Shown here: positions 43,465-52,412 of the stretch, piece after piece | Layout of the letters: each line of letters opens with the position of its first letter | Numbering within the stretch: the stretch's first letter is position 1 | Source of the DNA: an archaeon | GTDB taxonomy: Archaea > Nanobdellota > Nanobdellia > Pacearchaeales > GW2011-AR1 | NCBI GenBank assembly: GCA_018697035.1 | Contig: JABHSE010000004.1 | Coordinates: 259,300 to 323,299, forward strand | Length of the DNA stretch: 64,000 bases | Direction of reading: 5' to 3' | Program-made: the position numbers and the translations under genes | Notes under the pieces: model-generated | What the model saw: only the letters and a program-made list of their open reading frames with translations | The model's database searches: none | What the model was told of the DNA's origin: nothing

Positions 43465-45389
43465 TGTACCAAAAACCCCTAAGCCCAGAAGAAATATGTA
43501 ACAAACTCAGACCAGTCTTCGGAAAAAAGATAGATGAAATATACTTCCAGTATACCATGGCAAATGGCAGAGAAGAGCAAGAAGAAATAGCCCACGTCCT
43601 AAGCACACTATACCAAAAACACCTCATGCAACTCCTAGACAAATCCGTCTTACTAGAGCCTCCCAAAAAAGAACTAATCGACGGAACTTACAACCTTGCA
43701 AACATAATCTACGCAGGAAAAGAAATCACTCCATTCACACTAAGAGAACAAGACTGGCCACGTCATATCTGCATCACAGGAATGTCCGGATCAGGAAAAA
43801 CAACATTCGCATTCAAAATAATCGAAGCATTAAATGCCCACAAAAAACCATACCTAATCTTCGACTGGAAAAAATCATTCCGACCACTCTTAAAACAAAA
43901 CCCATCAATCCTAGTCTTCACAGTAGGAGACGAAAAAGTAAGCAACCTATTCAAAACAAATATCAACCAACCTCCAAAAAACGTCTCACCAAAAGAATGG
44001 GTAAACGTACTAGCAGACTTCCTAACAGAAGCATTCTCAGCATCATTCGGTGTCCATAAAGTAATCCTAGAAACACTTGACGAAGCCTTCAAAGAATGGG
44101 GAATCTACCACGGCTCCCAAAACTACCCAACATGGAACCACATCAAATGGAGACTCGAAGAGAAACTTGAAAAAGCAAAAAATAGGGAAGGCGGATGGAT
44201 AGAATCAGCCTTAAGAATAGCAACCGTACTAACATTCGGAGAATTCGGAAAAACCCTAAATTACAAAGGAGATAAAGCAATCTCAGTCGAAGAACTCCTT
44301 GACAAAAAAGTAATCATGGAACTAAACTCACTTGGCGGAATCGAAAAAACCGTCTTCTGTGAATTCCTCCTAACGTACATCTACAAACTCAAAAAAGCCA
44401 GACAAAATCACGCCTCACATGGATTCGACCACGCAATCTTAGTAGACGAAGCCCATAATATCTTCCTAAAAAAACCAACAAACTTTGCAAACGAAACAAC
44501 AACAGACATGATCTACCGAGAAATGCGAGAATACGGAACTAGCCTAATATGCCTCGACCAACATATATCCAAAATCTCCGATACAGTAAAGGGAAACTCT
44601 GCATGCCATATCGCATTCCAGCAGCAACTACCACAAGACATATTCGACATCTCCGAACTAACACAACTCCGAGACCAACGACACTACTTCTCAAGCCTAC
44701 CAGTAGGTTCAGCAATAGTTAAGCTCTCCGAACGATACAATCAACCATTCCAAATCAAGGTACCATATACTGAAAATCGAGAAGAAAATATAACTAGCGA
44801 AGATATAAAGTCTAGAATGCAATCTTTCATAATGGGAAAAGGGTACAGCGAAAAATCAGACCTAAAATTCAATAAAGCAATAGAAAAACCAAAAGCAATA
44901 GAAAAGAAAAATCCACTCCCAAAGAAAATTATCGAAACAAAATCAGAAATTAATTTAAATGAAACTCAGCAAATTATCTATGATTATATAACCGAGCACA
45001 TCAAAGCAGGTATACCCCTAGAACAAATTGAAAGCATTTTGGAAAAATCCAAGACACAAGGGAATTACACTTCATCTGATATAGCTCAAGCAATAAACAA
45101 AATTAGAGAAAGAAAACCAATAGACACAGATAAACCATTGGAAACCAAAACAATAATCAACGAGGAAAAACCAACGACTAATCCCTTAACTAAAGACGAA
45201 GAAGTCTTCTTGGAATACCTCCAAAAAAATCCAAAACACAATCTAGCAGCAACCGCAATCTATAAAGAAATTGGACTCTCCGCAAGAAAAGGAACTCAAA
45301 CAAAGAAATCCTTAGAAGAGAAAGGTTTAATTAGGGTTAAGGAAGTTAAATACGACAAGGGCTGGAAAAAAATAATTAGATTACTATAA
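43464..45389 (+). CDS. HerA/FtsK/VirB4-like P-loop ATPase (DUF87-type) with a C-terminal wHTH
   Basis: Walker A GMSGSGKTT and Walker B AILVDEAHN. The C-terminus LAATAIYKEIGLSARKGTQTKKSLEEKGLIRV is wHTH-like. Confidence 0.65.
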   Translation: MYQKPLSPEEICNKLRPVFGKKIDEIYFQYTMANGREEQEEIAHVLSTLYQKHLMQLLDKSVLLEPPKKELIDGTYNLANIIYAGKEITPFTLREQDWPRHICITGMSGSGKTTFAFKIIEALNAHKKPYLIFDWKKSFRPLLKQNPSILVFTVGDEKVSNLFKTNINQPPKNVSPKEWVNVLADFLTEAFSASFGVHKVILETLDEAFKEWGIYHGSQNYPTWNHIKWRLEEKLEKAKNREGGWIESALRIATVLTFGEFGKTLNYKGDKAISVEELLDKKVIMELNSLGGIEKTVFCEFLLTYIYKLKKARQNHASHGFDHAILVDEAHNIFLKKPTNFANETTTDMIYREMREYGTSLICLDQHISKISDTVKGNSACHIAFQQQLPQDIFDISELTQLRDQRHYFSSLPVGSAIVKLSERYNQPFQIKVPYTENREENITSEDIKSRMQSFIMGKGYSEKSDLKFNKAIEKPKAIEKKNPLPKKIIETKSEINLNETQQIIYDYITEHIKAGIPLEQIESILEKSKTQGNYTSSDIAQAINKIRERKPIDTDKPLETKTIINEEKPTTNPLTKDEEVFLEYLQKNPKHNLAATAIYKEIGLSARKGTQTKKSLEEKGLIRVKEVKYDKGWKKIIRLL

Positions 45390-45614
45390 TATTCACAAAA
45401 AAACCGTACCAAAAGAAAACAAGAAATAACTAAAATTCATAACCTGAATTTTAAGAAACATAAAGAAACACGGAAAGGAAAGAAATATGTAAAGGAATAC
45501 GTGTTTAAAAATAAAAAAACCATAGAGGAAACTCTATTAACATATAGAAATACCATGTCGGTGTTTCAAATTATTCTAACAGCATCAAAAGATGCAAAAA
45601 AAGGACATTAATTT

Positions 45615-45767
45615 ATGCCAATTAGAGGAAATACCAGAATCTGTAAGTGTGGAAGGAAAAAATCTCTACAGTTCAAATATTGTAGTTTCTGCAAAAAAAA
45701 GAAGGAATCTTCTATTGAAAGAAAAACATACAGAAAAAGGAAAAGAATCAAAGAAAAATTTATGTAA
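45615..45767 (+). CDS. island 3: 50-aa basic CxC..CxxC peptide (not in the ORF track)
   Basis: My translation: MPIRGNTRICKCGRKKSLQFKYCSFCKKKKE... The RBS is weak. Confidence 0.25.
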   Translation: MPIRGNTRICKCGRKKSLQFKYCSFCKKKKESSIERKTYRKRKRIKEKFM

Positions 45768-45800
45768 TAATAATTAAAACCAATAGCAAGGGAGAACCAA

Positions 45801-46196
45801 ATGCAAAAAGAAAATGAAACACCCAAAATCGCCCTACTTGCAATGGGACTAGTATTCGCAATCTTCTCACCCCTCTGCGCCGGAAATTCTGAAATCACAA
45901 GAATTTTCGGAGTCCCAATAGTAGCATTCGGCATAGCGGGATACTCTTTTATGATCCTGAGCACCTTAGCAAGCACCATTGGACCAAAACCCACAACCTC
46001 AAAAACAATCTATTCAACCTTAGTCACAGGAGGATTCTTTTTCACTATCTTCCTGATCTACAGAAGCATCGAAAATGCTTTCCTATGTCCCCTATGTATG
46101 GGAGTATTAATGATCAACATAGTACTATTCGTCATGTTAATTTGGCCACTACCAACAACACAAAAACAAGCAAACAAATCAGCAACTCCTTCCTAA
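45801..46196 (+). CDS. island 3: VKOR-like (vitamin K epoxide reductase family) four-TM protein
   Basis: The loop Cys plus FGVPIVAFGIAGY and the TM CxxC (CPLCMGV) match VKOR hallmarks. SD AGGGAG upstream. Confidence 0.5.
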   Translation: MQKENETPKIALLAMGLVFAIFSPLCAGNSEITRIFGVPIVAFGIAGYSFMILSTLASTIGPKPTTSKTIYSTLVTGGFFFTIFLIYRSIENAFLCPLCMGVLMINIVLFVMLIWPLPTTQKQANKSATPS

Positions 46197-46288
46197 AAGA
46201 AGGTCTATATATCAACAAGTCCCAAAAAGGAGGCAGGGACAAACTCGCACTTAAACTTAAACTTAATTTTTAAAAAAAGGAAATTGTT

Positions 46289-46750
46289 ATGAAAAAAATT
46301 CTATCAATGATCGCCCTTATGATCCTCTTGGGAACAACCACAGTTCAAGCCCAAGAAAGAGGTAATTATCTCCAAAACGCCGGAGATTCCATCATTACTT
46401 CAGTCAAGGCAATACCTATTCAGGCACTCAACACTGACTATATTGCGGATGAGACAAAGGAACACGGATTTCCGGGAACAACAACAAGTGTTGCAAATAA
46501 CGCAACTCGACCAGTCATTAAACTGGCAAACGGAATATGGGATGCCCTGTCCAACCAAAACACCAGCGGCAACACGGAAGACATTGGAGCATTCAATGAA
46601 TTTGCAGAAAGCAGATTTATTGGATACCTAAAAAATGCAGTCGTATATGGAGGAATCGTATTGGTAACAGGCGGCACCGGAGTAGTAGCGATTATAGCAG
46701 CAACCGGTGGCTTCATGCACAGTATGGGAGTTAACCAAGAGAGACCATAA
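46289..46750 (+). CDS. island 3: secreted/membrane protein
   Basis: Signal peptide MKKILSMIALMILLGTTTVQA and a C-terminal Gly-rich hydrophobic segment. SD AAGGAAA upstream. Confidence 0.55.
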   Translation: MKKILSMIALMILLGTTTVQAQERGNYLQNAGDSIITSVKAIPIQALNTDYIADETKEHGFPGTTTSVANNATRPVIKLANGIWDALSNQNTSGNTEDIGAFNEFAESRFIGYLKNAVVYGGIVLVTGGTGVVAIIAATGGFMHSMGVNQERP

Positions 46751-46776
46751 CATGCTGCCATAAATAATTTTTAAAC

Positions 46777-46815
46777 TTGCTCGAGGCGCTGCGAATAAAA
46801 CGCCGCCTCGAGCAA
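46777..46815 (+). terminator. hairpin TTGCTCGAGGCG-N15-CGCCTCGAGCAA preceding T9
   Basis: A 12-bp GC-rich stem, with the T-run at 46823-46831. Confidence 0.6.
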
Positions 46816-46822
46816 TCCCCTC

Positions 46823-46876
46823 TTTTTTTTTCGCAAAACCTATATATTCCAATATACTATATTACAATATATATAT
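46823..46876 (+). repeat. conserved T-run/AT-rich module, copy 3 of 4
   Basis: TTTTTTTTTCGCAAAACCTATATATTCCAATATACTATATTACAATATATATAT. Confidence 0.7.
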
Positions 46877-46900
46877 TGCCTTTCTAGTTTGTATTAATAA

Positions 46901-46934
46901 ATGCCTCCTAGGCAAAAGGTATACCCTTGGGTGT
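46901..46934. repeat. decayed intergenic copy of the in-frame repeat element
   Basis: ATGCCTCCTAGGCAAAAGGTATACCCTTGGGTGT versus ATGCCATCTGGGCAGGAGGTACACCCTTGGGTGC (33115-33148). Confidence 0.5.
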
Positions 46935-46946
46935 AAACAACAACAA

Positions 46947-47228
46947 TCACGCAGCAGCATAAACCGCATGCGCCCGATTACTAATCCGCCATCTCATCCT
47001 AGCCAAATAATCCTCACCCTTAGAATTCTTAGAAACCCGCACAACCAACCCCTTTCCTTCCAACCCCAACAACAACCTCTTAACAAACTCCTCATCCCTA
47101 GCCAACTCCCTCGCAACATCAACCGTAAAAACCAACCTCGGAAAAACCGAAAACAAATAACTCAAAATCTGTTCCGATATCCTCTCTATCTTAACATCAC
47201 TAATCTTTGGCATCCATTCCCAAAACAA
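46947..47228 (-). CDS. small winged-helix DNA-binding protein
   Basis: FTVDVARELARDEEFVKRLLLGLEGKGLVVRV is wHTH-like. Module copies 3 and 4 bracket the gene. Confidence 0.55.
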   Translation of the reverse strand: MFWEWMPKISDVKIERISEQILSYLFSVFPRLVFTVDVARELARDEEFVKRLLLGLEGKGLVVRVSKNSKGEDYLARMRWRISNRAHAVYAAA

Positions 47229-47243
47229 ACTCCCTTTATATTC

Positions 47244-47300
47244 TTTTTTTTTCTATCTCAACCTATATACTACAATATACCATATTAAACAATATACATA
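47244..47300 (+). repeat. conserved T-run/AT-rich module, copy 4 of 4 (no preceding hairpin or island)
   Basis: TTTTTTTTTCTATCTCAACCTATATACTACAATATACCATATTAAACAATATACATA. Confidence 0.65.
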
Positions 47301-47396
47301 GCCAAGTCATGCGCCACACTCCTAACCCCGAACTCCAAACCAGAAAAAGCTCAGCTTTTTCTAAACATTTATATATAATAAACATCTGGCTACATC

Positions 47397-49799
47397 ATGG
47401 GTGAAAAATTCGTAGCATGGTTATCCGACCTTTCCAAGGCCGACCTAAACCTCGCAGGAGGAAAAGGCGCGAACCTAGGCGAAATGTTCAATTCAGGATT
47501 CCCAGTCCCACAGGCCTTTGCGGTAACAACAGATGCATTCTTCTTCTTCCTAAAACAAGCGAAACTCGAACAACAGATAAAAGATCTCCTTCATAAAATC
47601 GACGTCGACAAAACAGAAGATCTCCAAACAAAATCCAAAGAAATACGAGACTTAATATCAACTGCCGAAATGCCGAAAAACCTAGAAACCGAAATATTGG
47701 AAGCATACGATCATTTCAATGTAGATCTAAACGAAATCCAAAACTCGCCAGGCGCACTAGCAATCCTAAAATCAGCACGAGAACCAGTCTTCGTCTCAGT
47801 CCGAAGCTCAGCAACAGCAGAAGACCTGGGGGACGCATCATTCGCAGGACAACAATCTTCTTTCATAAACATCAAGGGAAACCCAGAGCTAATTCAAAAA
47901 GTAAAAGAATGCTTCGCCTCAATATTCACCGCACGTTCAATTTACTACCGAAAGAAAAAAGGCTTCGATGAATTAGTAGGCATCGCAGCAATCGTACAAA
48001 AGATGATAAATTCTGACAAGTCTGGTGTTATGTTTTCCAAGAACCCAGTTAAAAACAACGACGAAGTTTTAATAGAAGCAGTCTTTGGACAAGGCGAAGG
48101 AATAGTATCAGGAACAATTAAACCAGACCAATACACCCTCAATAGAAGCTTCGAAATCTTAGAAGAACACATTGCCGACAAAAAACTAGCAATCGTAAGA
48201 ACCGCAGGCGGCCAAACAAAAACCGTAACACTAACACCCGAAAAGTCTAACGAACGAGTCCTCAAAACCCACGAACTAAAACAACTAACCGAATTCGCAT
48301 TAAAACTAGAAAAACATTACGACAAACCACAAGACATCGAATTCGCAATAGAAAGCGACACAATATACATCTTACAGACAAGACCGATAACAACATTAAA
48401 AGAAAAATCAGATTCAGATGAACCGCAGGCCGAATTAGACGGACAAGTCATAACACAAGGAATGGCAGCATCCCCAGGAATCGCATCAGGCGTAGTAAAA
48501 ATAATCCATGAAATGTCCGACCTGGAAAAAATCAAACAAGGTGACATCTTAGTAACAACAATGACAAACCCAGATATGGTAGTCTCAATGCAAAAAGCCT
48601 CAGCAATCCTAACTTCAGAAGGAGGAGTAACGGCACATGCAGCGATAGTATCAAGAGAAATGGGAATACCAGCAATCGTCGGAGCACAAAACGCACTAGA
48701 AGTCCTAAAGGATGGAGACGAAATAACAATAGACGGATATACAGGTAAAGTATTCCAGGGAAGAGCCGAAAACAAATCAGTCGAAATCTTACCAATCGTC
48801 TCAACAAAAACAAAGATTAAAGTCCTAGTCGACCTTCCACAATTCGCCGCACGAGCCGCAAAAACAGAAGCATACGGAGTCGGACTAGTAAGACTAGAAG
48901 GACTAATCGCAACCTCAGGAAAACACCCACTAGCATACGAAGCCGAAGGCAAACTAGACGATTATAAAAACATGTTAAAAAAGGGACTCGGAGAAATAGC
49001 AGACACTTTCATTGGAAAACCAATATGGGTAAGATCCTCCGATATCAGAAGCGACGAATACTCAAACCTAGAAGGAGCTCCAAAAGAAATAGAAAAAAAC
49101 CCAATGCTTGGAGATCATGGAATCAGATTCTCATTAAAACATCCAGAGATATTCAAAGCAGAACTACTAGCAATGAAAGAGCTCGCAGACAAAGGCCACA
49201 AATTTGGAGTCATGTTCCCACAAATTATATCAGTAGATGAGGTGAAAAAAGCAAAAGCAATATTCAACGAACTAAAAATAAACAACGTCGCATTCGGAGT
49301 CATGATCGAAACACCAGCAGCAGCAATCCTAATAAAAGACATCTGTGAATGTGGAATCGACTTCGCCTCATTCGGAACAAACGACCTAACACAATATACC
49401 CTAGCAATCGACCGAGGTAATGAAGATGTTCAAGATATATACGACGAAATGAATTGGGCAGTTCTAAAACAAATCAGCCGAGTAATAAGAGAATGTAAAA
49501 AACAAGGAGTAGAATCTTCAATATGTGGACAAGCGGGATCAAAACCAGAGATGGTAAAATTCCTAATCAAGCAGGGAATAGACTCAATCTCTGTAAATGC
49601 CGACGCTGCAAAAGAAATCTCAGAGCTCATCCAAAAACTAGAAACAGATTCCCAAATAGAACCAATAAATAACAAAGAAGATATTAAGGAAGAATTAGAA
49701 GAAGTGAAAAAATCAGATGAAGAAGTGAAAAAGGAAAACATGAATCCAGAACCAGTAGAAGTTATTGAAGAATCCAAAAAGGAAGATATTTTTAATTAA
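47397..49799 (+). CDS. ppsA: phosphoenolpyruvate synthase (pyruvate, water dikinase)
   Basis: GGKGANLGEM, the phosphohistidine loop TSEGGVTAHAAIVSREMGIPA, and a C-terminal PEP-utilising TIM domain. An acidic tail follows. Confidence 0.9.
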   Translation: MGEKFVAWLSDLSKADLNLAGGKGANLGEMFNSGFPVPQAFAVTTDAFFFFLKQAKLEQQIKDLLHKIDVDKTEDLQTKSKEIRDLISTAEMPKNLETEILEAYDHFNVDLNEIQNSPGALAILKSAREPVFVSVRSSATAEDLGDASFAGQQSSFINIKGNPELIQKVKECFASIFTARSIYYRKKKGFDELVGIAAIVQKMINSDKSGVMFSKNPVKNNDEVLIEAVFGQGEGIVSGTIKPDQYTLNRSFEILEEHIADKKLAIVRTAGGQTKTVTLTPEKSNERVLKTHELKQLTEFALKLEKHYDKPQDIEFAIESDTIYILQTRPITTLKEKSDSDEPQAELDGQVITQGMAASPGIASGVVKIIHEMSDLEKIKQGDILVTTMTNPDMVVSMQKASAILTSEGGVTAHAAIVSREMGIPAIVGAQNALEVLKDGDEITIDGYTGKVFQGRAENKSVEILPIVSTKTKIKVLVDLPQFAARAAKTEAYGVGLVRLEGLIATSGKHPLAYEAEGKLDDYKNMLKKGLGEIADTFIGKPIWVRSSDIRSDEYSNLEGAPKEIEKNPMLGDHGIRFSLKHPEIFKAELLAMKELADKGHKFGVMFPQIISVDEVKKAKAIFNELKINNVAFGVMIETPAAAILIKDICECGIDFASFGTNDLTQYTLAIDRGNEDVQDIYDEMNWAVLKQISRVIRECKKQGVESSICGQAGSKPEMVKFLIKQGIDSISVNADAAKEISELIQKLETDSQIEPINNKEDIKEELEEVKKSDEEVKKENMNPEPVEVIEESKKEDIFN

Positions 49800-49863
49800 T
49801 TGTTGTCACTACTAAGATACAACAAATAGAAAACTTTATAAAGTCTAATACCCTACATTAATC

Positions 49864-50619
49864 ATGGCAAAAAAAGCAAAAGATACAAGAACTCCAGGTG
49901 AAAAAGAAGGTCACCAAAATCTATTATCAGCCGGATTAGGTTACTACAACATTTCACAAATAGGAGATACTTCAAACATAGTTGAACAAGCAAAGGGCTT
50001 AGAAAACTATGCAGCAATGCAAGGATTAGATCCAGAAGCAGATCTAAACGGTCTCCCAAGACAAGCAGGATTATTCGGACAACTTATCCCAGAAGAACAA
50101 AAAAGCGCAAGGGAAAAATTAATAAAAGCTACAGAGGCAAATTTCGCTTATGCTCTTAATGGATTGAACGGAGAAAAAGCTGTAGGATTAGCTGCAAAAT
50201 TAGGAATAACTAAAGAAGAATTAGAATTAGAAGGAAAATTATCTAACCCAGAAGCAACAATAGAAGACACAAAAAAAGCTTTCTCTGGAATATATGAACC
50301 AAGCTCTCTAGTTTCTCACTACATAGCTCTAAATCAAAATCCTGAAGAAATAAAACAGGCAGCATATGGAGCACTAAATAGAGCAGAAATGAGAAGGCGA
50401 GGAGAATTCGTATATGCAGTAAAAGATAAAGCAACAGGAAAACCAATAATGAGATACGAAGGCGCAAAAGCAAAAGCATACATAACAGAAAACATAGAAA
50501 AAGCTCCAGAGCAAATAGCAACCGATGTAAAAATGGGAATAGGCTCACACCTAGCCTCAATAGTAGTTGCAAGAGAAATGCAAAAAGCCCAGAAAGCCGC
50601 TGAAGCTCAAAGCGAATAA
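49864..50619 (+). CDS. hypothetical protein (A/E/K-rich)
   Basis: 251-aa ORF with TATA box ACTTTATAAAG ~23 nt upstream. Confidence 0.55.
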   Translation: MAKKAKDTRTPGEKEGHQNLLSAGLGYYNISQIGDTSNIVEQAKGLENYAAMQGLDPEADLNGLPRQAGLFGQLIPEEQKSAREKLIKATEANFAYALNGLNGEKAVGLAAKLGITKEELELEGKLSNPEATIEDTKKAFSGIYEPSSLVSHYIALNQNPEEIKQAAYGALNRAEMRRRGEFVYAVKDKATGKPIMRYEGAKAKAYITENIEKAPEQIATDVKMGIGSHLASIVVAREMQKAQKAAEAQSE

Positions 50620-50653
50620 TTCCAAATATAACTTTTTATTTTTTTATTAAAAA

Positions 50654-51511
50654 CTAATTACCTTTCTCAATCGATAAATCAACAAGCCGAGCCATCTCTC
50701 CCAAAAAATCATCCGCCATCACAAACCACTCATCCAAATCCCTACCTTTAACTCTCGCTTTCTCTCCATGGGCAATCTCTTTTGCCACATCACGAATCTC
50801 ATTATAATATTTCACATACTTCTTATGTAACATTTTCTTCTCAACAAAATGTTTCTTCAAAACGAATCCAATCTCCTCAGGACTGGCAGGTTGAACACCG
50901 GTAGAAATCAAAGCTGCATGAGCTGAATCAACCATTGTCCAATATAAGCCATCAACAACTCCAAGCATTAACTGCCGAGCTCGTGTCAAATGTCCAGGCG
51001 ATCTTTGCAAAAGCGTATAAATTGATTCCGGTGTAGAACGAATCTTTCCCTCTTTTAACAAAACTCTCAATGGATTGAAGAACCCACCAAAGTCAATCAA
51101 AGCATCACCATATCTCAAAACATTAATCACAACCGGATCACCCTTCATCATATCATCCCACCAAGTCGAAAGCTTCACTGTATTAACATGCAACGACTTC
51201 CGATAAGGATTACCAACAATAATCTTCCCTAACTCCTCACGATACCAAGCAATTAACTCCTCATCCCAACGAACCGAAACATCATCAATAATTACAATCA
51301 CATCAATATCCGAACCAGGGGTAGAAACCTTCTTGGCACTAGATCCAAACAGAACAACCGACTTAATCATCTGGTCAAATTTTTCATAAACCTTCATGGC
51401 AAAATCCATCGCAATCTCACGCTCACCAACGATTTTCATAGTAGGAAAATCACTCTTCTTCGGCTTAACTTTCTTCACCTTAGACTTTTGTCCAACAACT
51501 TTCTTCACCAT
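50654..51511 (-). CDS. nucleotidyltransferase domain protein with a helical (HEPN-like) C-terminal half
   Basis: LFGSSAKKVSTPGSDIDVIVIIDD is a GS..DxD motif. Confidence 0.6.
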   Translation of the reverse strand: MVKKVVGQKSKVKKVKPKKSDFPTMKIVGEREIAMDFAMKVYEKFDQMIKSVVLFGSSAKKVSTPGSDIDVIVIIDDVSVRWDEELIAWYREELGKIIVGNPYRKSLHVNTVKLSTWWDDMMKGDPVVINVLRYGDALIDFGGFFNPLRVLLKEGKIRSTPESIYTLLQRSPGHLTRARQLMLGVVDGLYWTMVDSAHAALISTGVQPASPEEIGFVLKKHFVEKKMLHKKYVKYYNEIRDVAKEIAHGEKARVKGRDLDEWFVMADDFLGEMARLVDLSIEKGN

Positions 51512-51618
51512 CTTTTTTTGTTTTACCAGTAAAATAAAAACATGAAAGTTTCTAACTTACCTTTACTTATATCTAGTAATTATATTTTATAAACATAACT
51601 ACCTCAAACTAAACCAAA

Positions 51619-52254
51619 TCAACCATCCTCAAAAATCCGACTCCCAACACGAACCATATTACTCCCCTCCTCAATCGCCATCTCAAAATCCCCACTCATC
51701 CCCATTGACAAAATTTTCATAGAAAAACCCTTCTCTCTCAACTCATCAAACAAAACCTTCATTTTCCCAAATTCATCTCGACGACCTCTAGACCCAATAC
51801 ACATCAAACCAATAACCCGAACATTCTTTAAAACAGAAATCTCACTAATAAAATCCTCGACTTCTCCAGGCAAAACCCCACTCTTACTTTCCTCAAGAGA
51901 AATATTAACTTGAACCAAAACCGGCATCACCTTACCAACCTCACCAGCGAACCTGTCAATCAATCGCGCCACCTTCAGCCTATCGACACTCTGAATCAAA
52001 TCAAAATTCTCAACAATACTCCGAACTTTATTGGATTGAATAGTCCCAATAAAATGCTTCTTAACTTTTCCATCAAACTCACCAAACTTCCCCAACGCCT
52101 CACCAACTTGATTCTCTCCAATATCCCCAACCCCAAAACCAATCAACTCATTAATCTCCGCCACACTCCGCCTCTTCGTAACAGCAACTAATATCACTTC
52201 ACTCCCAATACTCTGTTTAATTCTAGTCAAATTATCTAAAATTTTACTCACCAT
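51619..52254 (-). CDS. yggS: YggS/PROSC-family PLP homeostasis protein
   Basis: LVAVTKRRS contains the PLP Lys. GENQVGEA and FIGTIQSNKV are family motifs. Confidence 0.85.
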   Translation of the reverse strand: MVSKILDNLTRIKQSIGSEVILVAVTKRRSVAEINELIGFGVGDIGENQVGEALGKFGEFDGKVKKHFIGTIQSNKVRSIVENFDLIQSVDRLKVARLIDRFAGEVGKVMPVLVQVNISLEESKSGVLPGEVEDFISEISVLKNVRVIGLMCIGSRGRRDEFGKMKVLFDELREKGFSMKILSMGMSGDFEMAIEEGSNMVRVGSRIFEDG

Positions 52255-52316
52255 AAAAAATCAAACTCTCCAAAACTTATAAAACTTCTGTCAAATAAAA
52301 CCAGTCAATAGTTTTA

Positions 52317-52407
52317 ATTATTAACAGGAAAGTTCGCAGTGTAAAAAAATACGAAGCGTACAAGCGTACGTGAGTATTTATTTTACCAAGAAATTTTCGT
52401 TAATAAT
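52317..52407. ncRNA. 91-nt structured hairpin element X (homolog of 59654-59744)
   Basis: Hand fold: 9-bp helix, bulged A, 5-bp helix, internal loop, 12-bp helix, GAAG junction, then a 5-bp stem with an AAGC loop. See the findings. Confidence 0.45.
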
Positions 52408-52412
52408 AAAAA

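Noticed and set aside
52317-52407. Elements X and Y as archaeal H/ACA guide RNAs, or as integron attC sites.
   Set aside because: Against H/ACA: the composite lower stem is 14-16 bp instead of ~9, the upper helix is too long before the GA junction, and the 3' flank is AAA rather than ACA at the expected distance. Against attC: only X has GTTAA/TTAAC-like ends, Y does not, the copies are 7 kb apart across essential genes, and no integron integrase is present.
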